Shown piece by piece: positions 23,701 to 38,700 of a stretch of 62,424 nucleotides of DNA (within the stretch, counting starts at the first letter, position 1; each line of letters starts with the position of its first letter). Below the pieces are notes generated by a model. It was not told the origin of the DNA and did not search any database. It was given only the letters and a program-made list of their open reading frames with translations. The position numbers were made by a program, and so were the translations under genes. Where the stretch lies: positions 62,001-124,424 of the forward strand of contig KZ538135.1 of NCBI GenBank assembly GCA_000934665.2, read 5' to 3'. This stretch comes from Catajapyx aquilonaris (taxonomy: Eukaryota).

Positions 23701-26700
23701 CCTAACGGACATATTGGGGATGCAAAAGCTGTCGGCCAGATGGGTAACCCGCGACTTGACACCTGATCAGAAGCGGATCCGTGTGACACATTCACAGGCG
23801 CCATTGGAGGAGTATCGGAGGGACCGGGACACTTTTTGGCTCATTACGTAACACAAGATGAGACCTGGCTCCTTCATTATTCTCCTGAAACCTCCGTGGG
23901 ACGCACTTCTCCAGTGACAATGAGGTGATAAGTGCAATGTATGAGTGGTTGGGTGGGGTTGAGGAATTTTTTTTTTACACGGAATACAGAGGTTGGAGCA
24001 CCGGTGGGACAAATGCATCCTGGCTCAAGGTGACTACGTCGAAAAATCCTAATAAAATTTTGACCATCAAACATGTCTTTCAACATCAGGCTCAGAACTT
24101 ATTGGACGACCCTCGTATATACTGGAGCCACGCCCATCAAAACGCAACACTAAAATAGAAACCGAAACTAGATACCACCTTAGGAGTCCATTAGCAAAAT
24201 GGGGACATACAGGAGGCTAAGTTACGTAACTCACGTCAAACATTGACGGACGTTATGAGCCGTTAAACTGACGGTAAAATGTGCAAAAAAAAGTTGTGGC
24301 CAAAATGTATGGAGAGAAAAAGTGCGAAAAATGGCCGATAAAGGATTTGTCATCAAAATATCGATATATCGATACTTTGGGATTAGCAAGGTTAGGCTCT
24401 ATTGAAAGTAAATTTGCCAATTAAATCATTCAAATACGTCGAGGGACAATTAATGTCTAGTCCATACTCATTTACAAGGTAAAAAATTTTGAAAATTTGC
24501 TTGAATCTGAAATATATCGGTACACACTATATCGATTTTTGTGGGTACGACCTGACATCAAAGAAGATTTACGCTACATGCGCTGTCATCAATATGTCGA
24601 TATATCGATACTTGGAAGTTGGTAAATTTAGGCTATGTTGAAAGTAAATTTATCGATTAAATAATTGAAATATGTCGAGGAACGATTGATGTCTAACCCA
24701 TGCATATTTTCGATGTTAAGTTGTGCAAATAACTATATCGATTTTTGTGGGTGCGACCCGATATTCAAGCCCCCCCCCCCNNCCCCCCCCCCCCCCCCCC
24801 AAATTTGCCACATCCCAATTTATTTTTCTCTGGAGGCGCTGTCATCAACATGTTGATATATCGATACTTGGAGGTTTGCAAATTTAGGCACTGTTGAAAG
24901 TAAATTTGTCGATCAATTAATTTAAACATGCCGAGGAACGGTACCATACTGATTTGCAATGTTAAATTTGGCCGAATCGGCAAAATATCGGCTTATACCA
25001 TATCGATTTTTATGGGTGTGTTCAATCCCCAAAAATCGACACATCAAAATCGCTTTTTCTCTATACCGGTACACTAACAAACATCATTATGAATGTCTAC
25101 ATTTTGATGTCTTAGCACGTCTTACATTAAGCCGATTAACTTGAGCTTACATAACTCGACTATCTTCAAGGCCTCGATTGATTCAGTCACGCGTAACTAG
25201 ATGCGTTGCGCAAACGATGGAGTTGAAAATAAACTAACCAATAATTGTGTCACATGCCCTCGATAAAACGGGTGGTTAACCCTTAACCAGGTTGGGAGGT
25301 CTAATTTCGCGGACACGTTCCTATATAAACTGTATATATATAGCAAAAACATGTAGAGTCAATATCAGTCCCATATAAGTAAGAGGACATGGAATGTGGC
25401 GTGTCAAATTGGCTAAAACGGTGTGCAAAACACTGGTTTTTGAACTCTGTACTTGACACACACTGATTTCTTCTGTACAGGGTGTACCAGAAGTCATTTT
25501 TAGTTGAAATTAATTTAATGCAAATTTTGTCGAATTGTGACTACAGGTATGCAAATATTTTCTTAATTTGCGATTAAATATTTAAATCTATCGAATAACC
25601 ACAAATTTTGTCAAATATTCAATATGTAATTGACAATTTTCCAAATTTGCTTCTTACAGTAAATTAATCTAAAATTAAATTACTGTATCTAAATTTTGCT
25701 CGATATACGAGTTCGCAAATTTTCTCCAATAAAATCGTCCATCGGCATACTACTTTAATTGATATTTAAGGAGGTTGGCCCAGCATTTGCCATTCAACCT
25801 CCAAGGATAGGAAAGGAAGGAAGCGGCTGTGGCCTATTATACGGAAGCGACCCCGGAATTATCCTAGAAAGACCGTGGAAAACCACAGAAAACCACGGTC
25901 AAGGTTGCCGGCCCCGGGATTCGAACCCAGGACCTCCCGATTAGCAGTCGGACGCCTTATCTACTATGCCAACCTGCTTCGGTATCGGCATGCTACTGTA
26001 ATAATCCAATATAATTACAGCACGTACTACCTCACTAATTTCTCAATAGCACTAAAATATTCCTTGCACATTCTGGAAACAATGCAACTCAACTATCATG
26101 AAGCAATTACTTTTACGTCACACATGTGCCAAATAGTAACTAAATTTCCCCATTGCACCCACACAATGCACTACACCTGTTCATAAAAATACCATAAGGT
26201 TCATTTATGCAACAATCTGAAATATTATTCATGTTGCAAATGTACGGAATTTATGCCACACTCTGTACTTTTTTTTATATAACCCACAAAAAAAAATTTG
26301 GTTGTCCTTCAAACAATGCTGACGAATTTCCTGCATGCAAAACCTGCTTAGAGAACTACAATCGTAACTTTTTTTTATTATTTGTTGCCAACTATCTAAT
26401 AACTATCGCACATTTTGCCAACTTTTTTTTTGGCATTATGATGGCCTCAGATCGACACAAGAGAAAATGGCCTTGAACTTGACCTTTTCAAGGCTTGCCA
26501 GATTCTCGGTTGCAAATTTTTATGGGACATGCTTGGAATTTTTATGTGTGACCTTGCCTGGGCTAGACTTTTTTAAAGGTCGCTGACCATTTTGGTCACC
26601 ACTTGCTTTCAAAGCTTTGCAGAAATTATATTAAATTTCCGGTATTTAATTATTGGAGGCTAATTGACACTAATAGGACTCCTTCCGGGGGGGACTATCA

Positions 26701-29700
26701 GTTAATAATAGACTTCCGGATTTTATATCCTTATTCATTGTGTGTGGGGGGGGGGGGACATACTAATTTGAAACNNNNNNNNNNNNNNNNNNNNNNNNNN
26801 NNNNNNNNNNNNNNNNNNNNNNNNNNNNNNNNNNNNNNNNNNNNNNNNNNNNNNNNNNNNNNNNNNNNNNNNNNNNNCCCCCCCCCCCCCTTGCGTGGTG
26901 ATCGATCTGTTATCTTGTCAGATGTGTAGATGATAACAGTGGGGAAGGAAGGGTGTTAATATTTTATTGTTATTGGTGTCATTTGGGCACCTGTGGGTTG
27001 GAAGTGGACATGCTGAATTTTTGAAGGAAAAGAGAGTACGTAACGTGGTCAGCGTGACAGGCCGTGACATGTACGTCACAAGAGTTAGAGTAAAAATAGA
27101 GTACCAATAAATATGTATTGTGTATATATATATTTTTGTATTTTACATTACATTTTTACTAGTACAATTAATTTTATAGCCTACTGCATTATTACGTGAT
27201 AAATTTTATAAATATTGATTCCATTTAATATTAATTTATATACAGTATTTATATAATATATATTTTGCACTGGTATATTTCACTGTGTATTCATGTACTT
27301 TACATATTTGTATTAACATTATTATTTTCATTTTATTATAAATGGTCTTCATATATTTATATTATTGAAATATTATACAGGCAATTTTAATAAATTATAC
27401 TGCATGTAATTTTCATATTTTCATATAATTTAATAATATTTTATAGTCGTTATTTTCATTCGTTAAATACTATCATCAACTGTTGGGAATAACATTTCCT
27501 TTTAGCAGTAAAAAATTGAAAATTTCAAGTAAATAATATGCTACATAATTATTCATACTGTCAAATAGTATTACGTATATTGCAATTAGTAGTTTATCAA
27601 TTGGGTCTCTGACTTTTCGCCCCCGGAATATTGGCCCCCGTGACAATTTCGTCCCCCGGCGTATTAGTTTATGAATTACGGCACATATTTTGTTCAAAAA
27701 CTTCAGACACTGTCTACAAATACGATGAGCTGGCTACTATTTACTGTGTAGAATATAATTAAGTATAATTTCTGAAATGATTGACATCAAATACTGTACT
27801 TAGCACCAATTTTGATGGTAACGCACATTCTAAGTACAGTGCTCTATTTCTCTGAATGATTTTCCACCAGACGTACTGTACTTTTTGCGCTTGAAAGAAC
27901 CCTTTTTTTCCTGAGGTGAATCTGTACAATTAAATCAAAGATTCAATAGAAAATTTTCAACAATAGAAACTCGCTCTTTTCAACCCCATTCCTTTTGATA
28001 ATAGAAGTAGGGCACACATATAGGAAAAGAAAAGAATCGCTTCAAGATGCCAATAGGGGAAAAATTTTCCTCGTTCAACCATAAAAAAATCATGAAAAAT
28101 TCAAGGACGTGTCTGTGATTGGCACACATCTGCCTCACAATTATTTCCGTGAATGAGCTTAATTGCACTCATTCCAGTGTAATTATCTGCAATTTTTTTT
28201 GCACTATTAATATTTTATCCGCTTGTATTTCGCAAAACTGAAATTTTCCTTATTTCGTTGAACTATTAAGGAAAACCGTGCCTTATAGTGGTCTACTACT
28301 ATAATTTTTTTCCCGACAGATCACTTTAAAAAATTACTAATATAATAAGTTATAAATTAACAAATGATACATAAAATATACAAATGATCTATTTTGAAAA
28401 TATAATACAAAAATAAAGTAAACTACCATGTATATCTACAAAAATTAATTAATTAATAAATTACAAAAATAAAATAAATTAATTATTGAAATTAATATAA
28501 TTAATTTTGTTTATTAAAAATAACATTATGGACAAAATCTGAGATTAGGCATAATTGCCAACATTTTCTCCCTAATTTGAGTTAACCAGGCTCCGATGAG
28601 TGATTCCCAATAGCATATTCTAGTCGATACCCATCCAGCAGGCACTATCGGAATCTGGATGACTTTGTGCCATCTCCAGTTGGATGGCTGATCCGAACAA
28701 AGAGGATCGTGTGGTAACCTTGACCCGGATTTTCCAGTATGGATCCAGCCCAGCCTCCGGGATGGGGAGAGGGGGAGGGGATGCGGGGGAGGATGCGGAT
28801 ACGACAGAAAACTAGACGACATCTCCCCCACCCGGCCACCCCTCACGCCACCCTCTAACCCCCCTTCTCTCGAAATTGGTCCCAATATCTTTCGGAGACT
28901 GAAGGTCAAAAGTGAAGCGCTCAAAAGCACGTGCTCTGAAAGTTTGGTACTGACTCTGTAGGGACACCAAAGGCCGCCAGATGGCACTGATAGTTACGTG
29001 TATATATTTACATTAAAAAAAAATAATGGTGGAAGTTATTTCCGCCAGTTAAGTATCGACCATGATACCCAATAAATAAATAAACAATTAAAACGTTTTC
29101 CACCCTGTAAATCAAATCAGCTTAACTATAAATAAATTGATTAGGATGAAACAATTTAAGTAAATTAAATTGGTTAGAATAAAATAAGTTAATTAAATTG
29201 GTTAGAATAAAATAAGTTAATTAAATTGGTTAGAATAAAATAAGTTAATTAATTCCAGCCAAATAAATTTACATAAATAGACCAAAACAAATAATAAATA
29301 ATGGTTAAAGTCCTCTAACGGGCAGCATAAATTAGGAAATAAAATTGAAGCAAATAAATGAGAAACGAATAAATTAATTGAATAATTGAAATATTGAATT
29401 TCGAGTACATAAATCCCAATATTCACAACGACGAAATAAATAAATAAAATAAATAGACCCCCCCCCCCCCAAATGGTTACGCCCTCTACTAGCAGCATAG
29501 ATTAACGAATAAAATTGAAGCAAATAAATAAGACCCGAACATATTAATTAATAATTGAAATAAATATTTATCACCCCAGAAGGGTGCACGGCCCTAAGAA
29601 CTGGGAATGAATTTTTTTTACAGCAAATCAATTAAAAATAAATCACAATTAAGAAATAAATCAATCGAGTAAAGGAAAAACATTGGAAATAAATGTAAAA

Positions 29701-32700
29701 ATAAATCCCAAAGAAGAAATAAATAAATGTGAATAAACCACTAACATTACTGCATGTAGAAAAAAAATAAAGGAAATAAAATACGGAAAATAAATAAATA
29801 TCATGATTATGTGGGATCCTCACAAGGGTCAGCTCCATCTGTTGGCCTCACGTGGCCTTAGTAAAGTAGGAGTCACTCTTAAGAAAACTTCAAAAAAAAG
29901 AAAATCACCAGAGAAAGTGAGATTAATCCCTTATGAATGGCATTACTAAGCTCCGGGTTCATTAAAAAGCTCCTTCAAGGCCAACCATTTTTTGTTGTAG
30001 TTGTAGTAGTTGTTTCAGAGAATGTTTTTCGTTGCCTGGGACAATTCCCAGGGGGGTGCTGGCTCAGGCTGTGTTACATGACCCGTTATAGAGTGAGAGT
30101 AAAGAATCAAGGACATGGTGCAATTGGCTTGGTAGTGTTGAAGCTATTGTTGCTGACGATTAATTTTTTTTTGAAAGTTCGTGACATTACGTGTCACCCA
30201 CGCGTGATCATAAAAGTTTGATAGATTTTTATTTTGGATTTTGAGTGATAAGCCACGCCCTTTTTTTGTTGGCAAGCCACGCCCTAACTAATGTACGTTC
30301 ACTCATTGTTCCTACAGCATTTTCATGTGCTATATAAGTCACACCTGCAGCTGATTTACAGTACCCAGGGTAAATTAAGTTGTACGTTATATGCGTTTCA
30401 AATATTTCCACAAAATAACAAAAAATTTGTGCAACAATAATATTTTCTGCACACATTAATTCGCAAACTTTTTCTTTTCCCCTCGCTGCATTTGCACAGT
30501 AATTACATGTTGACATTACCGTGTAAATGAGGCTGTCTATATACTCTCTTGCCATATGCAAATTCCCACAAGCAATGAGGAAAATATGAAAATTTGCGAA
30601 TTATTGCCCGCAACTTTTACAACTCGTGTCTTCGATTACGAAACATGTTACAAACATCACGCAACCAATTTAAAGCCATCAATAGCCTACACTTTTTTTA
30701 AACTATGCAAAAATTTATCTTCGAGTCTTTAACAGGCAGAAAAGCACTATTGTGTACATAAAACGAGGGCATAAAAAAAAGTAGGTGCACGCATGTGCGA
30801 CGTACCGTGCAATCATTTTTTTTCCCCGGCACAAGTCATACGCACTTATCGCCATTTTTCATCCTGGTTATATGTCGAGGTGACTGCCCTGGCCCACATA
30901 AATTTCGAAAAAAAATAATTATTTTCCTTTCAAAGAAAGGTCAATAACTCCCAGAGTTACGAGCACCCTACGCACATGTGCGTAAATAAACACACCTGGC
31001 TCAACCCTCTGTGAAGCCGCCGGCATATTTTTTAAAAAACTGTAAAGTGTATTTGTAATGCTGGTATGCACTGTACAGTGTACATGCGCAATTTTTATTT
31101 GAAAAAAAAAATTGTAGACACGTATAAGGGTCGAACGGTAAAACAACCGTATATATTTTGCGAGCACTGTTATCGCCCACTATTATTCGAAGTCGACAAT
31201 GCGGGTTGTAATAGATTATGGTTAACAATATTTTGCGATGGAACAATCAGTTATTTCAGGTATGCAACAATGCGCAATTGGCTTGGAGACAAAACGTTGA
31301 ATAAGCTGTAAATTTTATGTGAAAAATGTAATGTCCAAAATAAGGCGTTTAATTCAGGTTTTAGTGTAATAAAAAGTGGCTCAAAAATAACTCAGTATTT
31401 AATCCAAAATATCCCCCTAAAATAAATTTAAAAAAAATAAAGTGCATACACTAATCGCTTCTACACAATGTTAATAATTAATTTAATTTCCGGCTTAAAT
31501 TGGACTGATTTTCACAATTTTGAGCCACAACACCCCTTTTGAGTGAATACTCCCACCCAAATTTCACTAATATTTTCAGAAATATATTTTTTTGAGAAAC
31601 GTTTCAGGTGAATAGTCGAGTATAAAAATTGCTGACATTTTGAGCTAAATTTTTGAGCTACATTTTGAGCAAATAGTCACTTACGAAATTACTCAATGTC
31701 TGTCACTGAAAAGTTGTACTACTGGTCACTTCATTAACGGCAAGGGCCTCTTGCACGAGTACAAACGCAAATTAAGGCAAAAAATCTCAGATTAAGCCCT
31801 ATTATGTAGGCTATAGCACATAAAATTCATAATTTTAGTACAACCGGATGAGAAATTATTTACTCAAAAAAAAAAAATGTTGCCAATATACCAAAAGGTA
31901 CGAACATAAGGACATTTTCTCTGCTCATGACTTACTGTATTATGAATGAACCTACTAATAATAATTGTTTAAAATTCTTCAAAATTCCAATATTGTCACC
32001 AATTGAAAGTCACTCAAAAATGTTAATAATCAAGTTTGTCACGAATCTACGACTGAACGTCACTCAAAAAATTTATCACAAATTTACGAACCAACTTGTA
32101 ACTCAAAATTTGTCACCAATTGAGTGAATATGTAACTGAAAGAATGCCACTAATTGAGGGAATGACACTCAAAAATGTATCACAACTTGGAGTGAATATG
32201 CCACTCAAAAATGTCAAGCATTTGAGTAAACATCGCTTACAAATTTGTCACCAACCTACGACTGAACGTCACACAAAAATTTATCAGAAATTTACGAGCC
32301 AACTTGTCACGCAAAAAATGGTCACCAATTGAGTGAATAGGTTACTGAAAAATGTCACCAATTGAGTGAATAGGTTACTGAAAAATGTCATCAATTGAGT
32401 GTATGTTCCACTCAAAAAATGGTCACTAATTGACTGAATAGGTTACTGAAAAATGTCATCAATTATTGAGTGAATGTTCCACTCAAAAATGGTCACCAAT
32501 TGAGCGAATAGGTTACTGAAAAATGTCATCAATTGAGTGAAAAGTATTCTGAAAAATGTCATCGAGTGAATGTTCCACTCAAAAATGGTCACCAATTGAG
32601 TGAATAGCTTACTGAAAAATGTCATCAATTGAGTGAATGTTCCACTCAAAAATGGTCACCAACTGAGTCAATAGGTTACTGAAAAATGTCATCAATTGAG

Positions 32701-35700
32701 TGAATATGTCACTCAAAAAATGCCACCAATAATATTGAGCGAATGTCACTCAAAAATGGTCATCTATCTACGAGTGAATCTGTCAACATTTTGTCACCAA
32801 TCTACGAGGTCACTTGTCATTCAAAAATTATTCAACATCAGATCGTGCTGATACCCCGCATGTGTACGTGTTACATTTCCAGGTCACTATCGGTCATTCG
32901 TCTCGCCACCGTTATCACACGTGTTATCACCAAACACATCCACCCCCCTCACTGACCACACATATATATAAACTCACCTCTTTTGTAACTTCTTAACGTC
33001 ATCCCTGTTGAAGCCCTGCACAAAACACAGCATATCTGCCTGGACCGCCGCATTCACACACATGCGCTCCTACACACTTATACTCACATACTGAGCCGCT
33101 CGGAGGGGGAGGTAGACCGAACGGATTTTTTTACCCCCCCTCTATACCCTACCCTCCCAGCCACGTCGTGCAAACCTCTCCCCCACCACCCCCAACCACC
33201 CCTTTTGCGAAATACCCCCCCTCTTTTTTGGACCAATGAGAATCGTGAGAACCTGTGACGTCACAATTTCCCCTCCCTTCCCTCCCCACATTTTGACCAT
33301 CCCTTTTCGCTGTGAGAGCCGGGGTGGTATTGATTCCGAATTGGCGTCTGCACTACCCTACCCCTGGTGCTACCCTCTCCCTGCTCTAACCCCCACCGAC
33401 TCTATCCACATACTCTTCCGGCTTAGATACCCACACATAATTAAAGCTAGTCATGGAATACGGTACTGTATTTGGCTCATTTGTGACGGAGCAAATAGAG
33501 AATAATCAGGTGTCAAATATTGGAGTCTAAAGATCAGTCCATGGGAAGTCTGAAAAAAAAATCCGGGACTTCTAGTAGTCCAGGCAAGTCCAGACTACTC
33601 TGGGGTAAATTTCGATATAGTATAGTCCATGGCAAGTCCAAGAAACTCCGGGACTGCTGGGTAAACCGTGGGGTAAATCTCGGAATCCAGGGGCAAGTCC
33701 ACAAGTCTTAATTAAATCCAGGATTGCTACTAGTCCCGGTAAGTCCAGACAACTCTGAGGTTATTCTCTACCATCTACATAGTCAAGTCCAAAGAAAATC
33801 CTGGACTAGTCGGGGTAAGTCCAGACTACTCTGGGGTAAATCTCGACCTAGTCCATGGGAAACTCCGGGACCATGAGGTAAAATCTCGGGAGTTCATGGG
33901 GAAGTCCATGGCAAGTCCGAAAAAATCCGGGACTTCTAGTAACTAGTCCGGGCAAGTCCAGACTACCCTGGGGTATATCTCGTAGTCCACGGCAAGTCTA
34001 ACCTCCTGAGACACCTAGTACACCTTTCAGTCACCTTTGTTTTGTTTTTATACGCGTTTGAGTTAGTCAGAAGGTGCTAGAAAAAACAAAGGTACAGTAT
34101 ACTGTACCAGGGGTCTCAGGAGGCTAAAGCAAATTAGGGACTACTAGTAGTCTGGAGTAAGTTCTGCTATCCAATGAGTAATTATCTTAGAATAATATAA
34201 TACATATTTTTTTAAAAAATCCAGTTAAAATCCAAGCAGTTTTATGAATAAAACTGGGCTCAATTTGAGTTAAAACACCCAGCAGCTTTAAGGATTAATT
34301 GAGTGAAAAAAGTTAAATTTAACCCTTTCCTTTCAGTGTGTAATGTTCTGTCTCAGGTCGTAATTTTCTAAATAATTTTTTGATATAAAAATTATGCATA
34401 TTTTTTTGCTCCTAGACTTTCGCTAGGTATAACGAGTGCGAAATTTTTGCATGTTGTACCGGTGCGAACATAACACTTCCTTTTTGTGATCCGTTGTGCC
34501 CTGTAATGGCCCCGCGAACAATACCGTCGCCTGCAGCACTCAGGGCCACGCGTTCGCCAAATTAGTTTTTTTTCGCAATCTCCATACAGGCACATACGGA
34601 TTCACTTCCGCGAAACGTACAGTACTATCAGGCTGATTAGACGATACCGCAACAGTGATTAACACCAGAGGGAAGTCAACTGTTCACCCTAGCAACCAGC
34701 GAAAATATAGAAGTAATCAAAACCTATGCGATTTTTTTGCGAATTTTTGCGACTTTTTATTAGTGGTTGGGAGTCCATAATTCGATATGGAAACGTTCGG
34801 GGTTGTTCACCTTAGTAGCCGAAATAATTTTTTGCCATATTTTTGCAAATTTTTGTGAATAAATTTTGCAAATCTTGGCCTGCGGACGTGGGAAGTATGT
34901 TTCTATTACAAACCTAGTTCCTCACATATCGCATTATCGACCAGGCATTTTTTTGGCAACAAATTATATGTTAGAGAGTAGGACGATGCGATGATCGATA
35001 CTATACAAAAGCCGATTACTGAAGCAAATCTGCACGATAAAAAAAGTTGGCAAAAATAGTCGATAGCTCTAGGAATAAAAATAAATATTTACATATCTCA
35101 ATCTTGTCTCCTGGAATAAACTTCTGGTTTAAAAATTTTTTATTTTAAAAATACAAAAAATTTATATAGTCCGGGATCGATACCCGGGCTATTCGCTATC
35201 ACTGGGAAATCCGACGTGTCATTGCCCCCTACGGGTGTAGGTCATTTAATGACCCCAGTTCGTCTCATGTTATAGGGTCATTTCGAGGCCTGACACGTTT
35301 TATACGGTAGGCCTAAGGTATAGGCCTGTTTTTCTTTTAAAAGTCCGGGGCTTACGGCGGCCATTTTGGGGCCTAATGAGGACAAACTACTCGCGAAAAG
35401 GCTTGTCCAAGTTAAAGTTTATTTGTAGCGTTGGAAACACTTCTAACTTGAATTTAGGGTCATTCACACACAACACAGGGGGAACTTTAATGAGTATTTG
35501 GAGTTTATCGAGTCGTGTTTAACGATTTTAATGACAATTAATAAAAATATAGGGTATATAATATAGCCATAGGGCCTATGCAGAATAATAACTATTATAA
35601 TAATGTATATAATAAATAACAAATTAAAAAAATTACTTGTTCCTCCTATAACCCACCAGAGGCGCTGCCTTCCCCCCATTGCGCAGGCGCAGAACAGGGC

Positions 35701-38700
35701 CAATCGGAAGCTTCGAGTAGACAATATACGGCGGGCCAATCAGGACCATTGGTCATACAAGGATTAATTTTAATGAATTTTAATTGATAGATCTAATAGT
35801 CATAATATTACATGCAGTTATAAAAAATAAAGTAAAAATAATGTGTATATTATAGACATGAATAATAATATAACAGATATAACAAATAACAATATACCAT
35901 AGCAAAAATACAAAATTAATATCACAAAAATTATATATCAAATACTGTAATAGTGGTCATAAATAATGCGATACTATGGTAAACTATAATAAATAATATT
36001 ACGCAAAATGGAATTAGCCACGAAACATTGTAAAATATAAATATTATAACATAATGTTATAATATTTATATTTTACCATATTATGGTAAAATATAAATAT
36101 TATAAAATATGGTAAAATATAAATATTTAAATTTAAACAATATTAATATGCATTTATTGGAAAATATGATGAAATAAAATATAAATAAATATTTAAATTT
36201 AAACAATATTAAATATGTATTTATTGGAAAACATGATAAATATAGCCTCTTTAGTTTTATATAATATCAAAATAATTATTTTGCTGTTGTTGCAGTGTTT
36301 ACGCATTACTTCCCAGATATGCACATCATCACGCAAATTTTGGCACCCCAAAAATATTTACGTTGCATGTAGCCAGGTCAGTAGTATGTTAGCAAACAAG
36401 ACCATAATAATTTTAGCAGTGTAAGCTCGCATAAAATTCGCAAAGTGGGCACATGCAAGTACACATCCACATGATGTGCAAGTGCAGTACTTTTTTATTT
36501 TCAGTCTCGTCAACACCAGCAAATATTTTCTGTCAACACGTTGCGTTAACCTCGTTGACGAAACCCGCTGGTATAACGCAACGATATCTATTCGTTCGAT
36601 TGATCGGGCCTGGGTTCTAAAGATAGAAACCGGTTTTCTTACGTCAGTTGGAAGAAAATTGTTTCGACCCCAATATAACCTGATATGTATAGTATATAAC
36701 AAGTCTTAAAATGACATGCAGATTAGATATAGGGACATTGCATGCTCGCGTGACGTATGCACAATTTTTTTTTGAGAAGCCTTAACCGTGACCGGAAGTG
36801 AACTCTAGTTTTGTTCACTTAACTAGCAATTTTGGACTCGTTTTCTATTTCGCAAATTTTTTTTTTTGCAAGAACGGAAACTAATTTTTGAAAAATGGTG
36901 TGACGCAACCGAGTTACGTTTAAGACGCGACTTCCTATTGGCGAAGGGGTTTCCGTCACGCCAGATGCATCACAAAAGTTAATCAGGATTAAAATCAGAG
37001 TTGGATGGGCGTACATGCAACATATTAAATGTTTAGAAATTTTATCATATTCCTGATTATACACGAATTATTTTTAATTTACGAAAAATATGCTTTTGGC
37101 ACAAACCGAATTTATTGTCAACAGATGGCGTCAAAATTGACGCATTTGGTTGCATACGCTTTCGGAACTTAATTTAGATTATTAGTGTAAATAAATGACA
37201 TTTTAAATGACACCCTTATTTAATCACAAATACTATGAAAATATTATGAATAAATGAAGGAAAGTTTATAACATAATGATCAAATAGTACAAAAAAATTA
37301 TTGACGAAAATTAGTAAAATACAACATCTTGCAGAAGGCTTCTGATTGTTACCGCGACGCTTGCTATTGGCCCGCGCTATACGCATGCGCAGTGGGTGTA
37401 GACAGCGCCTCTGGTGGGTGGGAGGAGGATCCAACAGGACTATAACTAGCTAATTTAGAAAGTAACAAAAATGAATTAATATTTACAGAAATGAAAACAA
37501 TAAAAATAAATAGTTCAACAATTTCTTTAGGAAACGTTTGATTAATAATTAATAGTTACAACAGCAATTTCCTTTGTTACATGAAGCAAACACTAAATTA
37601 CTAAACACTGATTACACCTGATGATTTATAATTCAAATAGCAATTTGGAAGCCTCTCTTGGCATCCAAAAACCCACTTCAAAAGATAAGACAAACCCGCC
37701 GTCCTAGTTATACAATAACCATAAATCCAGGCTTAAAACCCATCGTCGCAATCTTACGCGAAAATTCGCCAAATTCTCAGTACTGCCAACATTCCCAGGA
37801 AATGCCATCATCTGTATGCAAGCTTCGATAGTGCAACTATTTCCTTGGAAGCAGCATCCCACGCATAGCTCGCACAAAAGTTTGCAAAAATTTTCGCCGA
37901 AAAACTACTCCACGGAATTTTGGCAGTGCAAAAGAGAATAAAATTGTTTGGAGTCACCCTTTGCTATAATTAAATATCTGGCTGACAGGCCAATGCCGAC
38001 AGAGGATGCGGGAAGCCCTCTGGTGGGCTGGAGTTGGTCCAAAAACTTTTTTTGCGATTTTTTTTCCCCCTCTTCCGTGCTTGCTGCAGGATTCATGTGT
38101 GAGGAAGGGCTTTTCATGAGGGATTTTGGCACTCATTACTAGATAATGCTTGGTTGGTTCAGGGTCGTCAAGGCCAGGATTTAGGGTGAAAAATCTGGCC
38201 AACAGACCTTAGTGCGCATCTCAGTTCGCGCAGTTGAAACTATCAATATCTACTAATCTCTATAGCGGATGAACATCGAGTTTCACTATTTCCAACGCTA
38301 CTGTTGGCAGACGTTTCCAAAGCTCGGAACGAACCTCAGATGATAAGGGTGTTAATTATAATTTTTGGCTCTTGGGCAGTAAAACTGGCAATGGAGCTGC
38401 GCGAGTGTGGGTGCGCTCTAAAAGCACTGGTATCTCTCTAAAAAAATCCGAGTGAATTTCACTCCGAAAATATTTACTCCAGCTCTAATCGAGTGTAATA
38501 TAACTCGAAAGAAGAGTGAAAATGAATGAGCGAAAATTTACACTCACAAAGAGTGGGAAGTACCGAAGTAGGCCAAAGAGTGAAAAGCACTCAAATGGAG
38601 TGGAAAAACACTCGATTTTTTTAAAGAGTGACATACAGCAGGAAATATAGGAAAGTCCAGATAGCTGCAATTTTTAATATTTCATCAATTTTAAATATTA

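Noticed and set aside
28526..28987. 153-aa minus-strand ORF in a GC-rich patch
   Set aside because: GTG start, no suitable donor or domain; may be regulatory but unsupported.
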